Virus record (IMG/VR): IMGVR_UViG_3300036833_000144
Span: 1-40,191 of that record
DNA length: 40,191 nucleotides
Origin: a virus
Taxonomy: Duplodnaviria > Caudoviricetes
Reading direction: 5' to 3' (one strand)
The translations under genes were made by a program, and so were the position numbers. Below, one piece after another: positions 15,459-25,647 of this stretch; positions within the stretch are counted from its first letter, which is position 1; each line of letters begins with the position of its first letter. The notes beneath the pieces were generated by a model. It searched no databases, was not told where the DNA came from, and was given only the letters and a program-made list of their open reading frames with translations.

Positions 15459-17966
15459 ATGCCGAGCGCACTCACCATGGCCGGTGCCGCCAGCGAACCC
15501 AGTAATTTTGCGCCCCTGCAAACCAGCCGTATCTTCACCGGAATATGGACCAATCGCAGCCCCTTGCGCGATGCCTCCACCACCGACGATCAGGCGCGTT
15601 ACTACGGCGAGCGCCAAGACTCCATCATCGATGGCTACAACAGCGAGATCACGGCGCGGCTGACCTTGAAACGAAGGCCGGGAATGAGTATCTATAACCA
15701 CCAAGTCTTCCCGCCCATCACGCGCTTCTATGCTTGGAACACCTTCACCCTGACGTCAGAGGCAATCAGGGTGCTCGTCGACACCTCAGCTACGGTGTAT
15801 GACGCTACCAGCAATTCGAATACCCCCGATACCAAAACCGCGATCTGGCAAAAATCCCCCGCCGCCATTGGCAGTCCCACCTTCTTTCTCGGCGTGGGCA
15901 ACAATCTCTATTTCACCAACGGATTCGAGAACAAACAGATGAACTACCCCGGCGAAGTTGTCCAGAACTGGGGCATCGTCGCACCCACTACCGCGCCATC
16001 GGCGAGCCTCGGAGTCTACAACGCTTATGGGAGTTGGCAACCCAACACGGTTTTCTCCCGTGTCACGCCGCAGGCTGGCGTCCTCATAGTTGATCCCAAC
16101 GGCAATATTCAACGACAAACAGGTTTTAGCGGGATAACCGGAGTAGCAAGCACGATAACGTGGAACCCGAATCCCTTCCAAGGCACAACCGATGGCACGG
16201 TAACGTGGGAGAACGAAGGTAATGGGGTGCGGGTTTCCAGCGCAGCGCACGGCCCTAACGACCTTATCTATATTGCCGCAACCGATGGGAACCGATATTT
16301 TTATCAGGCCCAAACGGCTGGCAATCTAGCTGCATCCGCACCTCCATTTCAACCCGGTCTAACTTCCATCACCCAAGATGGTGGCGTGCAGTGGCTCAAT
16401 GTCGGCCTGTATATGAATCGCGCCAACATAGGCGATAACACGCCGGTTCTCATAATCACTACCATCATCGATCCCAATGGCAATGTTCAAACCTGTATGC
16501 AGGCAGGCAAGACGGGATCGACAGCACCAAGCTTCAATTCCGTCCAAAGCGGATTCACGACAGACCCGACCGGCAACCATCTCGCCGGTCAGGCTATATG
16601 GCAGACGACTGGCTCCGTGGGGCCGGTCCAATATGGCTTCGCCTACAAAAATTCGCAGACGGATGACATATCGAATATGTCTCCGGCCAGCGCCGTTATC
16701 GGCAGCAGTAACGGGCAGTTAGTCAACGTGACCGGAAACGGCTCCTCCGATCCGCAGGTAGATACCATCGTCATCTATCGCACCTTGCATGGAGGATCAA
16801 CGTTCCTCTACGTCGACGAAATTGCTTTTAGCGGCTCCGGTACGTGGGGCTATGGTGACACCAAGACCGATGCCCAGCTAAATATCTCCATACAGGCGCA
16901 GGTTAACGGAGAAGGTACGCCGCTGCCCGTTGGCGCAACCTGCATGGAATATCACCTTGGCCGGATATGGGCGGCGGTGGGCAACGTGGTCTATGGATCG
17001 AGCGGACCCGATGCCGTTGTCAGCGGATCGAGCGGCAATGCCGGATTCAATACCACCTTTACCTGCCAGTCCAAGATCACGCGCCTGTGGACCAGTCCCA
17101 TCGGCCTGCATGTGTTCACCGTGCGTGATGTGTACCTCATCCAAGGCGATGGCGATTCGGTGGCGCTTTTCATCACTCGTTATATAGAGAACATCCCGCT
17201 GCTCAACTATGACGCCTTCACCGTACACCTGACCACCCCCTACCTTTTCACCGGGAAGAGAATGGTGATCTCGCTCGATCCCTCATCCGGCATCGTCGAG
17301 TCGAGCTTTCCCATCGCCGACCAGATTGAGAGTTTCGATCCCGGTACTGCCTACTGCACCTTCCACTCGGAGCGCAGCGGCGAGACGGCGATGTATCTCG
17401 CCAACACAAGCATCTGGTATCGGCTGGCCCCGACCTCGGCACCGGAGAACGGCGCGAACTGGAGTCCGCAGGCGCGAATCGCGAGCGGCATGAGCGCGGT
17501 GCAATCGGTAGAGGTAACGCCGGGACAGTACAAGCTGCTGATCGGTCCACCCGCCAGCGGAGGCCCGATCCTACAGCGCGATATCACGGTGAACACAGAC
17601 AACGGAACACCGTATGAGTCGCATACCGTCTTCGGTTCCATCGTCGCGGCAGAGCCGGGACAACTGGCAGGCCTCGCGTGGATGACGCTGGAAGCTTTTG
17701 CTGAAGGCACACCCCCGGCGCTGTCGATCCTGATGAGCGAGATCGAGGGCACCTTTGAGGATGTGCCGCGCACCCGGCAAGACCCGCCCAACCTTACCCC
17801 CAGCACCAGCCTGTACAGCAATCGCCACTCGCTGATGCAGAACCAGCGCCCGTGCTGGTGCCGTCACTTCCAATTCGCTATCGACTGGCCTGCCGAAGAT
17901 GCCGCCAACGAATTGCTGACCTTCACCATCTTCGGACAGACGTGGCAGGAGATGAAGGCACAATAA
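15459..17966 (+). CDS. tail hub/nozzle protein (P22 gp10 / T7 tubular B-like) with inserted repeats
   Basis: 835 aa, beta-rich; LKRRPG N-terminal motif, HLGRIWAA propeller-like blades; position before GNAT and ejection genes. Confidence 0.6.
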   Translation: MPSALTMAGAASEPSNFAPLQTSRIFTGIWTNRSPLRDASTTDDQARYYGERQDSIIDGYNSEITARLTLKRRPGMSIYNHQVFPPITRFYAWNTFTLTSEAIRVLVDTSATVYDATSNSNTPDTKTAIWQKSPAAIGSPTFFLGVGNNLYFTNGFENKQMNYPGEVVQNWGIVAPTTAPSASLGVYNAYGSWQPNTVFSRVTPQAGVLIVDPNGNIQRQTGFSGITGVASTITWNPNPFQGTTDGTVTWENEGNGVRVSSAAHGPNDLIYIAATDGNRYFYQAQTAGNLAASAPPFQPGLTSITQDGGVQWLNVGLYMNRANIGDNTPVLIITTIIDPNGNVQTCMQAGKTGSTAPSFNSVQSGFTTDPTGNHLAGQAIWQTTGSVGPVQYGFAYKNSQTDDISNMSPASAVIGSSNGQLVNVTGNGSSDPQVDTIVIYRTLHGGSTFLYVDEIAFSGSGTWGYGDTKTDAQLNISIQAQVNGEGTPLPVGATCMEYHLGRIWAAVGNVVYGSSGPDAVVSGSSGNAGFNTTFTCQSKITRLWTSPIGLHVFTVRDVYLIQGDGDSVALFITRYIENIPLLNYDAFTVHLTTPYLFTGKRMVISLDPSSGIVESSFPIADQIESFDPGTAYCTFHSERSGETAMYLANTSIWYRLAPTSAPENGANWSPQARIASGMSAVQSVEVTPGQYKLLIGPPASGGPILQRDITVNTDNGTPYESHTVFGSIVAAEPGQLAGLAWMTLEAFAEGTPPALSILMSEIEGTFEDVPRTRQDPPNLTPSTSLYSNRHSLMQNQRPCWCRHFQFAIDWPAEDAANELLTFTIFGQTWQEMKAQ

Positions 17967-18217
17967 TGGCGACGCTCAGACAATCCGCCGCAGTCAACAT
18001 GCAGGGCTGGCAACCCGTCCAGCCGACACCGCAGGTAGTACGCCAGCCAGCCTCGAAGCCATCTCCCGTCGATACTCGCACCCAGCGCTCGCCGATCATG
18101 CTTTCGCCGATGCCTGCACTGGCGTCACGATCAGACGGATTACAGCGCCAGTTCTACGGAGGCAAGAATGTCCCGACCTACCGCATCCTTCCGGCCATGG
18201 GAGGAAGCCAGACATGA
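17966..18217 (+). CDS. hypothetical protein
   Basis: TAATG coupling; MATLRQSAAV... Confidence 0.6.
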   Translation: MATLRQSAAVNMQGWQPVQPTPQVVRQPASKPSPVDTRTQRSPIMLSPMPALASRSDGLQRQFYGGKNVPTYRILPAMGGSQT

Positions 18218-18705
18218 ACAACTATGCCTTCCAATTCGATGGCTACATGGTCCGTCGCATCGACGAAAACGACCGCGCTTATCTCGATCAACTCATCGCC
18301 GCCGATCCCTACCACCAAGACTGCATGAACGCCGATTTTTTCCTCGACCTCGTACCCGGCGAAGATTCGTGGGCGATTGAAGATGCCAAGGGCGAAGTGC
18401 TGCTCTACTTCCGCACCAACACCGCCGTCCGGCTGTGCCTTCAGTTTGCCAAGCAAGACAACCTCGCCAACCGCGAGGTGCTGACCAAAGGCTTCGCGTG
18501 GCTGGAAGCCGAGCTAATCAAAAATCACTTCCGCGAGATTGTGTTCGATACCAAGGGTCCGGCACTGCGCCTGATGGCCAAAAGACGCCTCGGCTTCAGA
18601 GACTCCAATCAGGAGCTTGTCAGGTCATTACCCGCCCCAACGGGCGTAAGAGGTGTAGATGGGCTGTGGCACCACCGTCCACAACCTTGCGAAAAGGAGG
18701 GATGA
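18214..18705 (+). CDS. GNAT-like virion assembly protein
   Basis: VRRIDEND...LMAKRRLGFR acetyltransferase-like ends; usual podovirus position before the ejection proteins. Confidence 0.5.
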   Translation: MNNYAFQFDGYMVRRIDENDRAYLDQLIAADPYHQDCMNADFFLDLVPGEDSWAIEDAKGEVLLYFRTNTAVRLCLQFAKQDNLANREVLTKGFAWLEAELIKNHFREIVFDTKGPALRLMAKRRLGFRDSNQELVRSLPAPTGVRGVDGLWHHRPQPCEKEG

Positions 18706-18711
18706 AGGCCT

Positions 18712-19398
18712 ATGTGCGGAGCCAGCCAGCAGCAAAAAGACATTTCGGCAGCGCAGCAGCAGATGTATACGACGCTGACCAATAACTACAACACCACCTT
18801 CGGGCAGGATCAGGCCATCACCGGGGCGCTTACCTCGGCCTTCACTCCCATCCTGCAAGCAGGCCCCAACCAGCAGGGCTTCTCTCCTGCCGAGATGACG
18901 ACGCTCAACACCACTGATGCCGAGAACATCGCACAGAACTATGCCGCCGCGCAGAAGGCCACCGCAGGACAGCTTGCCGCTCGCGGGGGAGGCGATCAGA
19001 TGTTGCCATCGAGCGTCGATGCCAACATCCTCGCAGGCAACACCACTGCCGCCGCCGCCCAGCGCAGCGCCCAGCAGAACCAAAGATTGCAACAGTCCTA
19101 TGCGCAGGGCTATCAGAACTGGACCAACGCAGCTTCGGTCCTCGGCAATACCGCAGGCCTCATCAATCCGCTGGGCTATGCCGGGGCCAGCAGCACCGCA
19201 GGATCGGATGCAGCTACCAGCGCGAACAATATCGCCCAGCAGAGCAATTCCATCTGGAACGCCGCTATCGGCGCACTCGGCAATGTGGGCGGCATGGCCG
19301 TGGCTAATCCGAATGCGATGAGCACAATCAAGAATCTGTTCGCATCCAAGGCGCTGAACCCGGCAGCAACCGCAGCGGTCCAGTATGGAGGCTTCTAA
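18712..19398 (+). CDS. internal virion / DNA ejection protein 1
   Basis: A/Q/G/N-rich; MCG start; position. Confidence 0.6.
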   Translation: MCGASQQQKDISAAQQQMYTTLTNNYNTTFGQDQAITGALTSAFTPILQAGPNQQGFSPAEMTTLNTTDAENIAQNYAAAQKATAGQLAARGGGDQMLPSSVDANILAGNTTAAAAQRSAQQNQRLQQSYAQGYQNWTNAASVLGNTAGLINPLGYAGASSTAGSDAATSANNIAQQSNSIWNAAIGALGNVGGMAVANPNAMSTIKNLFASKALNPAATAAVQYGGF

Positions 19399-21347
19399 TG
19401 GCTGATCCAGTTACTCCGCTTGCGACCAATGACCCGAACGCATGGACTCCCACCGGAGCTTCACCCACGCCGATGGATGTGAACCCCGCCACCATGGGCC
19501 AAGGCCAAGTGCCCAATCTCCCGGCTGCTGCTCAACCCACGGTGACGCAGGGGCCAGACCCGAATGCTTTTGTACCCACCACCACCAACGTAACCAGCGA
19601 TCCCGAACTGCACGCCGCCGCCGTCCACCACTCCCGGCTGGCGAACGCGCTCAATGCCGTGGCCGATATCCTCGGAGGCAATAAGACCCTGAATCTGGTG
19701 CGCAACCCTGACGGCAGCGTGGACGTTACGCAGAAGGATGCGACCACGGGCGAGAAATGGGGCCGGATCGCACAGGCGGCGCTGTCAGGCGCAGCCAAGG
19801 GCTTTGCCGTGGGACAAGGGCCGGGTGGTACAGCACGCGCCGCATCGACGGGCATACTCTCTGGCCTTGCCATGCCCCAGCAGCAAATCGATCAGACGAC
19901 AGCAATGGCGCAGAAGTACAACGACCAGAACAAGCAGGCGCAACTGCTCAAAGCCAACATCGCTTATATGAATCAGCAGAACCTAGCTTCATCTTGGGAA
20001 CTGGAGAATCACAAGCATCTCGCAGGCGAACATGATGAAGATCGCGAGGCCCAGTTCAACGCCTTTAAGACTCAAGCCCACCTGATCCCAGTCGGACCCG
20101 CCGCCAGCATCGAGGATGCCGCGAAAACCTACAACAGCAATCAACAGGTGCAGCAGGCAGTCACCAGTGGACAGCTATATATTCATCACCCTTCCAGTGG
20201 CCCTCCAACGGCATGGATCATCCCCGAAGACCAGATGAACAAGCTCAACCCGAATCCTGCCGTGGGCTATAACTACAGTCTCTCCGACGACCAGCAGAAG
20301 ATTGTCAAAACGCCCTACGACATTGCGGCCAACAGCGAAACCGGAGCGCAAAAAAACGCGAGGCTGGCGAATGAGAACAAGCAACTACTGGAAAACGTAA
20401 GTGGGCTATCCAAAGCGCAGGATGCACAGGCGCAGGCCGAACAAAGACGACAGCAGGTACAGAACGCTCCGCTGGAACAACAAAGGATACAGGCGCAGAT
20501 ACGAGCGAGTAACGCCGAAGCGGGATTGCATGGTGCGCAAGAGCGAATGCTGACTGCTACCGGAGCCGACAGCCCTTACGCAGGCTTAGGACAGGACATT
20601 TATGAAGGCCGCGCTGATATCAGCCAGCTACGCACGCGAAAGGACTGGCCGCAGGTTTATGCGGCAGCGCGACAGTATGGTATCGAAAACGGACTGCCGC
20701 CGCTCAATATCTCCGATGCAACGGCAAGATTCAAAGCCAAGCAGGATACGGTACGCGACTATAGCGGCAATGGTGCGGCAGCACAGAAGATTCAGGGCTT
20801 CAGCACCCTTCTCGCACATACCGCCGATGTTGTCGATAATGCCAATGCATTGCAACAGACGGGAAGCCCTTATCTCAATAAACCTATCAATGAGCTTGAG
20901 AAAGATGTCTTGGGTGGAACCAGAGTAGGACCAGCGGAGATGCGAACCCGCGTCACCTCATCCGAGTTTGGCAATGTGCTCTCCAATAATCGCGCTCTTA
21001 ATAATGAAGAGAAAGAGAATGCGCAAAAGAGCCTCAATGCGGCACAGACGCCAGCCCAGCAGCGGGAAAATTCCAAGCAGATCATTCACACCGCTATCGA
21101 CAGATTAGCGCCCGTGTTCCAAGCCTTCCGCGAAGCTTCAGGTGGGCAGGAGTCGCCGACTCAACTCACGCCGCGAGCGGTACAGGCCTTGCGCAACGTT
21201 GGTCTATATGACTATGCCATGCAGCAACTCCATCCTGCTCAGGCTACAGGCGGTGGAGGACAGCAGCCACCTGCAACCGGCCAATCCAACAACCCAGCGG
21301 GAGGCTTCAACTGGAATGCTTTCCCGACGCACCCGGCAACACGCTAA
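19398..21347 (+). CDS. internal virion / DNA ejection protein 2
   Basis: 649 aa, A/Q-rich and helical; TAATG coupling. Confidence 0.55.
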   Translation: MADPVTPLATNDPNAWTPTGASPTPMDVNPATMGQGQVPNLPAAAQPTVTQGPDPNAFVPTTTNVTSDPELHAAAVHHSRLANALNAVADILGGNKTLNLVRNPDGSVDVTQKDATTGEKWGRIAQAALSGAAKGFAVGQGPGGTARAASTGILSGLAMPQQQIDQTTAMAQKYNDQNKQAQLLKANIAYMNQQNLASSWELENHKHLAGEHDEDREAQFNAFKTQAHLIPVGPAASIEDAAKTYNSNQQVQQAVTSGQLYIHHPSSGPPTAWIIPEDQMNKLNPNPAVGYNYSLSDDQQKIVKTPYDIAANSETGAQKNARLANENKQLLENVSGLSKAQDAQAQAEQRRQQVQNAPLEQQRIQAQIRASNAEAGLHGAQERMLTATGADSPYAGLGQDIYEGRADISQLRTRKDWPQVYAAARQYGIENGLPPLNISDATARFKAKQDTVRDYSGNGAAAQKIQGFSTLLAHTADVVDNANALQQTGSPYLNKPINELEKDVLGGTRVGPAEMRTRVTSSEFGNVLSNNRALNNEEKENAQKSLNAAQTPAQQRENSKQIIHTAIDRLAPVFQAFREASGGQESPTQLTPRAVQALRNVGLYDYAMQQLHPAQATGGGGQQPPATGQSNNPAGGFNWNAFPTHPATR

Positions 21348-21353
21348 AACACT

Positions 21354-23732
21354 ATGGCTACTTCACCAGTACCGATCTTCGATCCCACCGGAACCATAAG
21401 GATGATTCCTCCCGATCAGGCGCAGGCTGCGCTTCAGAATGGAGGCCAACCGGCAGTCAGCATGATCGATCCATCGGGTACCCAGCGCTATGTACCGCAG
21501 AGCCAGAAAGACGCTGCTCTACAGGCTGGCGGACAACTCGCTCCTGACCCGTCAACCCAGCCGCAGCTATCACTGCTGGGGAAAGAAGTTAACTGGCTTC
21601 AGAATACCCCCGGTATGCAGATCGCCAGCGGCGCAATGAAGGGCTTGGAGAAGACCGGCGCTGGCGCCATCGAGCAGTTGAATCAAGTGCTGACCCAACC
21701 TATCATCGGAAGCCCTTACACGCCGGGTGGCGTGATGACAAACCCAGTGCCGGAAGCAGCCAGAACCGCCGTTTCCAATCGCGCCAAACAGGTATCCGAT
21801 TGGCTGCGTACCAATACCGAAACGCATGGCTGGGAGAAAGTGGGCGATGTGGGCGAAACCGTCGCCGAACTCCTAGCCTTGCCAGAGACGGCAGAGGCGA
21901 AAGGGTCTGAAGCCTTATCGTGGTCAGAACACGCGGCGCAGGCAGCACGGCAAGGCAAGTTTCTGGAACAGAATCCCGTCATCAACAAACTGGTTCGCAT
22001 CGGCCTTAACTCGCTCAAGGGCGGCGGCGAAGTAGGCGCGCAAACTTTAGTGAAGACCAATGACCCCGAACAGGCAGCGCGAGATGCAGCGCTGGGCGTA
22101 GGCGTTGGCGGGGTTATGGGGGTAGGAGCCGAAGGCCTGCAAGCCGCACGCGAAGGCTTCAGCAGAGTTGCAGACAAGCTTAGACCCACCATTGAGAATG
22201 TTGCAGGCACAAGCTACCGCCGCCTCGCGTCTGAAGCCGTAGGACCGGAAGGCCAGAGCCTTGCCACACCACTGCAACAGGAAGCTTCGACCTATGCCAC
22301 CAACCCAGCCGTTCGCGCCGAGCGTGCCGCAGCGTTCCGACAACTCAATCCCAACCTCGCACGCACCGGCCTAGAGAATGCGCTGAACGCATCGAACGCA
22401 GCCCGTGGGGCCGACGTTGCCGAACCCACCATCACCGCAGGCGAGATCGCGCCGACAGAGTTCAGCCACACCATGCCCGATGGTCAAACCCTTACTACGC
22501 CCGAAGAAGCGCGGCCCGTGCTGGCCGACCTCAAGCAGCGTCTACTGGCCACCGATGATCCCCAAGAAGAACAAGCACTGCAACAGCAAGTCAATGACCT
22601 TCAGAACACACTGCAAACCCATGGTGCGCAGCCGTCATGGAACTACATCTCCCCCAGCGGACAATCGCTTTCTCCCGGCGAGGCACGCGCCGGACTCAAC
22701 GATCTTCGCGAGCACTGGCTATCGCAGGACTGGGGGCCGCAACAGGATGCGCAAATCCAATCCGTCTACAACGATCTCAAGGGCCAGCTGGACCGCCACG
22801 AACAGTACCTCGTCAACCGTCCTCACATCCCGGCGCATGAGGTAGAAGATTTAGTTGGCAACACCCACAGCTTCGGCGATGCGGCAGAGCATATGCGTAT
22901 CAGCGCAGGCCGGACGCTGGCGCAACTGCCGGAAGATGTACGCGGCGATTACCTCGATCTCGCCAATGAGCGGCAGGGATATCAGGATGCCTTTGATCGC
23001 AATACGGGAGTGCCGCAGATTCAAGCCGAACAGATGGCCAAGATCGACGATGTGAACCAGCGAATGCAGGCCATCTTCAAAGACCCTGAGATCGCCAACA
23101 ATCTATCTCCCGCCGAAGCCGAACAGGGGCTTAAGGATCAACGTCTGTCCGACGCCTTCAAGTCGATTCAGAACATGATGAACAAGCACCTCACCCTCAG
23201 CAAGGAAGCAGAAGCGGCAACCGGCATTCCCAGTGTTCCGCGCCGCCTGCCTACACTCGCCGATGACGTTGAAAAAATCCGTTCGCAATATGGCGATGTA
23301 CTCAATCCCGTCCTCGGCGACCAAGGCCTGAACCACATCATTCAGGTGGGCGAACAGATGCGGACAAGGGCTGGTGCGGATGAGGTACAGGGACTACTCA
23401 AAAATATCGCCGCCATGTACAAGCGCCACTACATCAACCTACACGGTCTACAGGGAGCCATGATGTCGGGTTTGCTGTACCACACGCTAGGCCACGCCGT
23501 AGGAGTGGCAGCACTCCCGGCCTCTATCGCCGAAGCATCGATCACGGGATCGCGCAAGTTCATCATCAATCGCATGGCCAACGACCCGGCGTTCGCCGGG
23601 AAGGTTCTCTATGCCGTCCGCAATCGAGTGCCGTCACGCGTGGCGGCAATGACGCTGGCAGGCATCGCAGCCGGATCGCAGCGCACCAACCCGCCAGCGC
23701 CTACAGGAGATGCCAATGCCACAGGTCAGTGA
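21354..23732 (+). CDS. internal virion / DNA ejection protein 3
   Basis: 792 aa with Gly/Ala hydrophobic segments and internal repeats. Confidence 0.55.
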   Translation: MATSPVPIFDPTGTIRMIPPDQAQAALQNGGQPAVSMIDPSGTQRYVPQSQKDAALQAGGQLAPDPSTQPQLSLLGKEVNWLQNTPGMQIASGAMKGLEKTGAGAIEQLNQVLTQPIIGSPYTPGGVMTNPVPEAARTAVSNRAKQVSDWLRTNTETHGWEKVGDVGETVAELLALPETAEAKGSEALSWSEHAAQAARQGKFLEQNPVINKLVRIGLNSLKGGGEVGAQTLVKTNDPEQAARDAALGVGVGGVMGVGAEGLQAAREGFSRVADKLRPTIENVAGTSYRRLASEAVGPEGQSLATPLQQEASTYATNPAVRAERAAAFRQLNPNLARTGLENALNASNAARGADVAEPTITAGEIAPTEFSHTMPDGQTLTTPEEARPVLADLKQRLLATDDPQEEQALQQQVNDLQNTLQTHGAQPSWNYISPSGQSLSPGEARAGLNDLREHWLSQDWGPQQDAQIQSVYNDLKGQLDRHEQYLVNRPHIPAHEVEDLVGNTHSFGDAAEHMRISAGRTLAQLPEDVRGDYLDLANERQGYQDAFDRNTGVPQIQAEQMAKIDDVNQRMQAIFKDPEIANNLSPAEAEQGLKDQRLSDAFKSIQNMMNKHLTLSKEAEAATGIPSVPRRLPTLADDVEKIRSQYGDVLNPVLGDQGLNHIIQVGEQMRTRAGADEVQGLLKNIAAMYKRHYINLHGLQGAMMSGLLYHTLGHAVGVAALPASIAEASITGSRKFIINRMANDPAFAGKVLYAVRNRVPSRVAAMTLAGIAAGSQRTNPPAPTGDANATGQ

Positions 23733-24474
23733 AATCTATTCGAACCTGAAACGCGTTACCACCACCTATGACGAGGAGATGGACTTGCCGCAGGCAATCG
23801 TCGACGAGTACAACTCACGACCCGTCCTCGACAAGCAGCCCACCGAAGAGACGGAAGAGGCTATCTATATCCAGTACGAGCGCAATTATCTCGCCGCCGC
23901 TGACCGGCGCTGGAAAGAGCAGAAGCATTTCATGGGAGAAGACAACGAGCGGATGCGGCTGGTGCGCATCCTGCATCCCCACGAAATCTTCCGCAGGCTG
24001 CAACAGGCTGGCGTCGACGCACGCATCGAGGCCCCCAGCTTCCATGTCTGGCAGATCGATGACAAGACCGGCAAGCCGGTCCAGATCAAACGCGAGCGCT
24101 CCATCGGCCGGTTGTGGCTGGCTGATGTTGCGGTACGCGGCAGGGTAGGGGTAAGCGCATGGGTTACAGACAAGCACGGTATCCGCAAACGTGAACAGGT
24201 AACCACGCTGCAATATCCCTATGGGCCGGAATGGAGCCTGCTGCATTTTGACGAGTTCGATGTGCCGGTCACGGAACGCTATCGCGGATGGAGGACGGCG
24301 ATGATGGCGCTGATCCTCGCCGATGTGCTCACCGAAGACGAGGTGAATCGCGCCTTCGGCCCCGTGCCGCTATCGCCGGTAAGCCTGCTCTACCGCGAGA
24401 AGCTACAGCATCACCGCAAATTCAGGATGGGGCTGATCGAAAAGAAAGAGAAGAACGATGAGAGGGTAGCGTGA
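23710..24474 (+). CDS. conserved phage hypothetical protein
   Basis: AGGAG RBS; YRGWRT...LTEDEVNRAFG; coupled to the endolysin. Confidence 0.65.
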   Translation: MPMPQVSEIYSNLKRVTTTYDEEMDLPQAIVDEYNSRPVLDKQPTEETEEAIYIQYERNYLAAADRRWKEQKHFMGEDNERMRLVRILHPHEIFRRLQQAGVDARIEAPSFHVWQIDDKTGKPVQIKRERSIGRLWLADVAVRGRVGVSAWVTDKHGIRKREQVTTLQYPYGPEWSLLHFDEFDVPVTERYRGWRTAMMALILADVLTEDEVNRAFGPVPLSPVSLLYREKLQHHRKFRMGLIEKKEKNDERVA

Positions 24475-25070
24475 GCCGAACAGTTCTCAGCGACGAAGAT
24501 TTTGAACGCGCAGCGAAGACGCTCGAATGCGACGTTGCGACGATACGGGCGGTCGCCGAAGTCGAGGCCAATGGCAGCGCATTTCTGCCCGACGGAAGGC
24601 CGCGGATTCTCTATGAGGCCCACGTCTTTCATCGCCTCACCAACGGCAGGCACAGCTTGGAGAAGGACCGCAACGGAATCGCGCTGTCTGTACCCAAGTG
24701 GGACCGAAGCCTCTACGGCAGCTTTGGCGCGGCCCAGCATGAGCGGCTGGAGGATGCCGCCAACCACGACTGGGATGCAGCGCACAAGTCCGCATCATGG
24801 GGGATGTTTCAGATACTCGGCAGCAATTACGGAGTTGTCGGCTATCCGTCAGTTCAGAGTTTTGTGGAGGCTATGCATAAAGGGGCGAGCTTACACCTCG
24901 ACGCCTTTGTGGCCTTCGTCAAAAACAACAAGCTCGACACAGCTTTACGCAATCATGACTGGGAAACTTTTGCGCGACGGTATAACGGGCCTGCTTTTGC
25001 CGCCAACAAGTACGACACCAAGCTCGAACAGGCATGGAAAAAATGGAGTCGGATGGAGGAGAAGTCATGA
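24471..25070 (+). CDS. endolysin, N-acetylmuramidase (DUF3380 family)
   Basis: AVAEVEANG, PRILYEAHVF, SASWGMFQILGSNY, FARRYNGP, YDTKL. Confidence 0.9.
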   Translation: MSRTVLSDEDFERAAKTLECDVATIRAVAEVEANGSAFLPDGRPRILYEAHVFHRLTNGRHSLEKDRNGIALSVPKWDRSLYGSFGAAQHERLEDAANHDWDAAHKSASWGMFQILGSNYGVVGYPSVQSFVEAMHKGASLHLDAFVAFVKNNKLDTALRNHDWETFARRYNGPAFAANKYDTKLEQAWKKWSRMEEKS

Positions 25071-25204
25071 CAACACCGGAGGCGATCATCACCGATTCAA
25101 TTATTGGAATTTTCGGTGTGGAGAACTCGGTTTTGCTGGTGCTGGTGCTGAAAATTCTCTACACCGTCCATAAAGAGATTAAGGAAAAAGAAACCAACCG
25201 ATGA
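25067..25204 (+). CDS. 45-aa single-TM protein, holin candidate (not in ORF track)
   Basis: ATGA-coupled to both the endolysin and the next gene; hydrophobic core and charged C-tail (HKEIKEKETNR). Confidence 0.5.
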   Translation: MTTPEAIITDSIIGIFGVENSVLLVLVLKILYTVHKEIKEKETNR

Positions 25205-25638
25205 CATACGAGAACTACATCATGGCGCTGCTGGCGAACTTCGCCGTCGAAGAAGGTTATCGGTATGGCGGGACCGATTGTGCGCTTGCCATCGCGCAGG
25301 TGATCGCCAACCGCGTCACCGAAGGCTGGTTCGGTGGCGACTGGCGCAGGGTGATCGAGGATGCACCATCGAAGCGTGGCACCGTCCATGAGAAACGCTT
25401 CGAGTATGACACCCGTGAGCCTGCTTTTCGTCAGATCATCTCGCAGATCGACGATATCTATTACGGCACCGCAAACGCTGATGGAGTCAATATCAGAAGC
25501 ATTAAGGGCGTAGTGAAGTCGCTCTATTACTGCCAACTGAATAACGTAACGAACCTGTGGTTTCAGCAAAATATTTTGTCGGACATGAAAAACCATCCGC
25601 GTCTTGCCGTGGTGGGACAGCTTTATTTCTTTGGATGA
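25201..25638 (+). CDS. SleB/Hydrolase_2-like cell wall hydrolase
   Basis: EE..YGG...AIAQVIANRV...LYY...WF...VGQLYFF resembles the SleB-like pattern. Confidence 0.55.
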   Translation: MTYENYIMALLANFAVEEGYRYGGTDCALAIAQVIANRVTEGWFGGDWRRVIEDAPSKRGTVHEKRFEYDTREPAFRQIISQIDDIYYGTANADGVNIRSIKGVVKSLYYCQLNNVTNLWFQQNILSDMKNHPRLAVVGQLYFFG

Positions 25639-25647
25639 GGTAGAGAG

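Noticed and set aside
15079-15459. 126-aa plus-strand ORF in the track
   Set aside because: It runs through a promoter, several hairpins and a terminator; the region is better explained by the 33-aa TM gene plus the candidate TA locus
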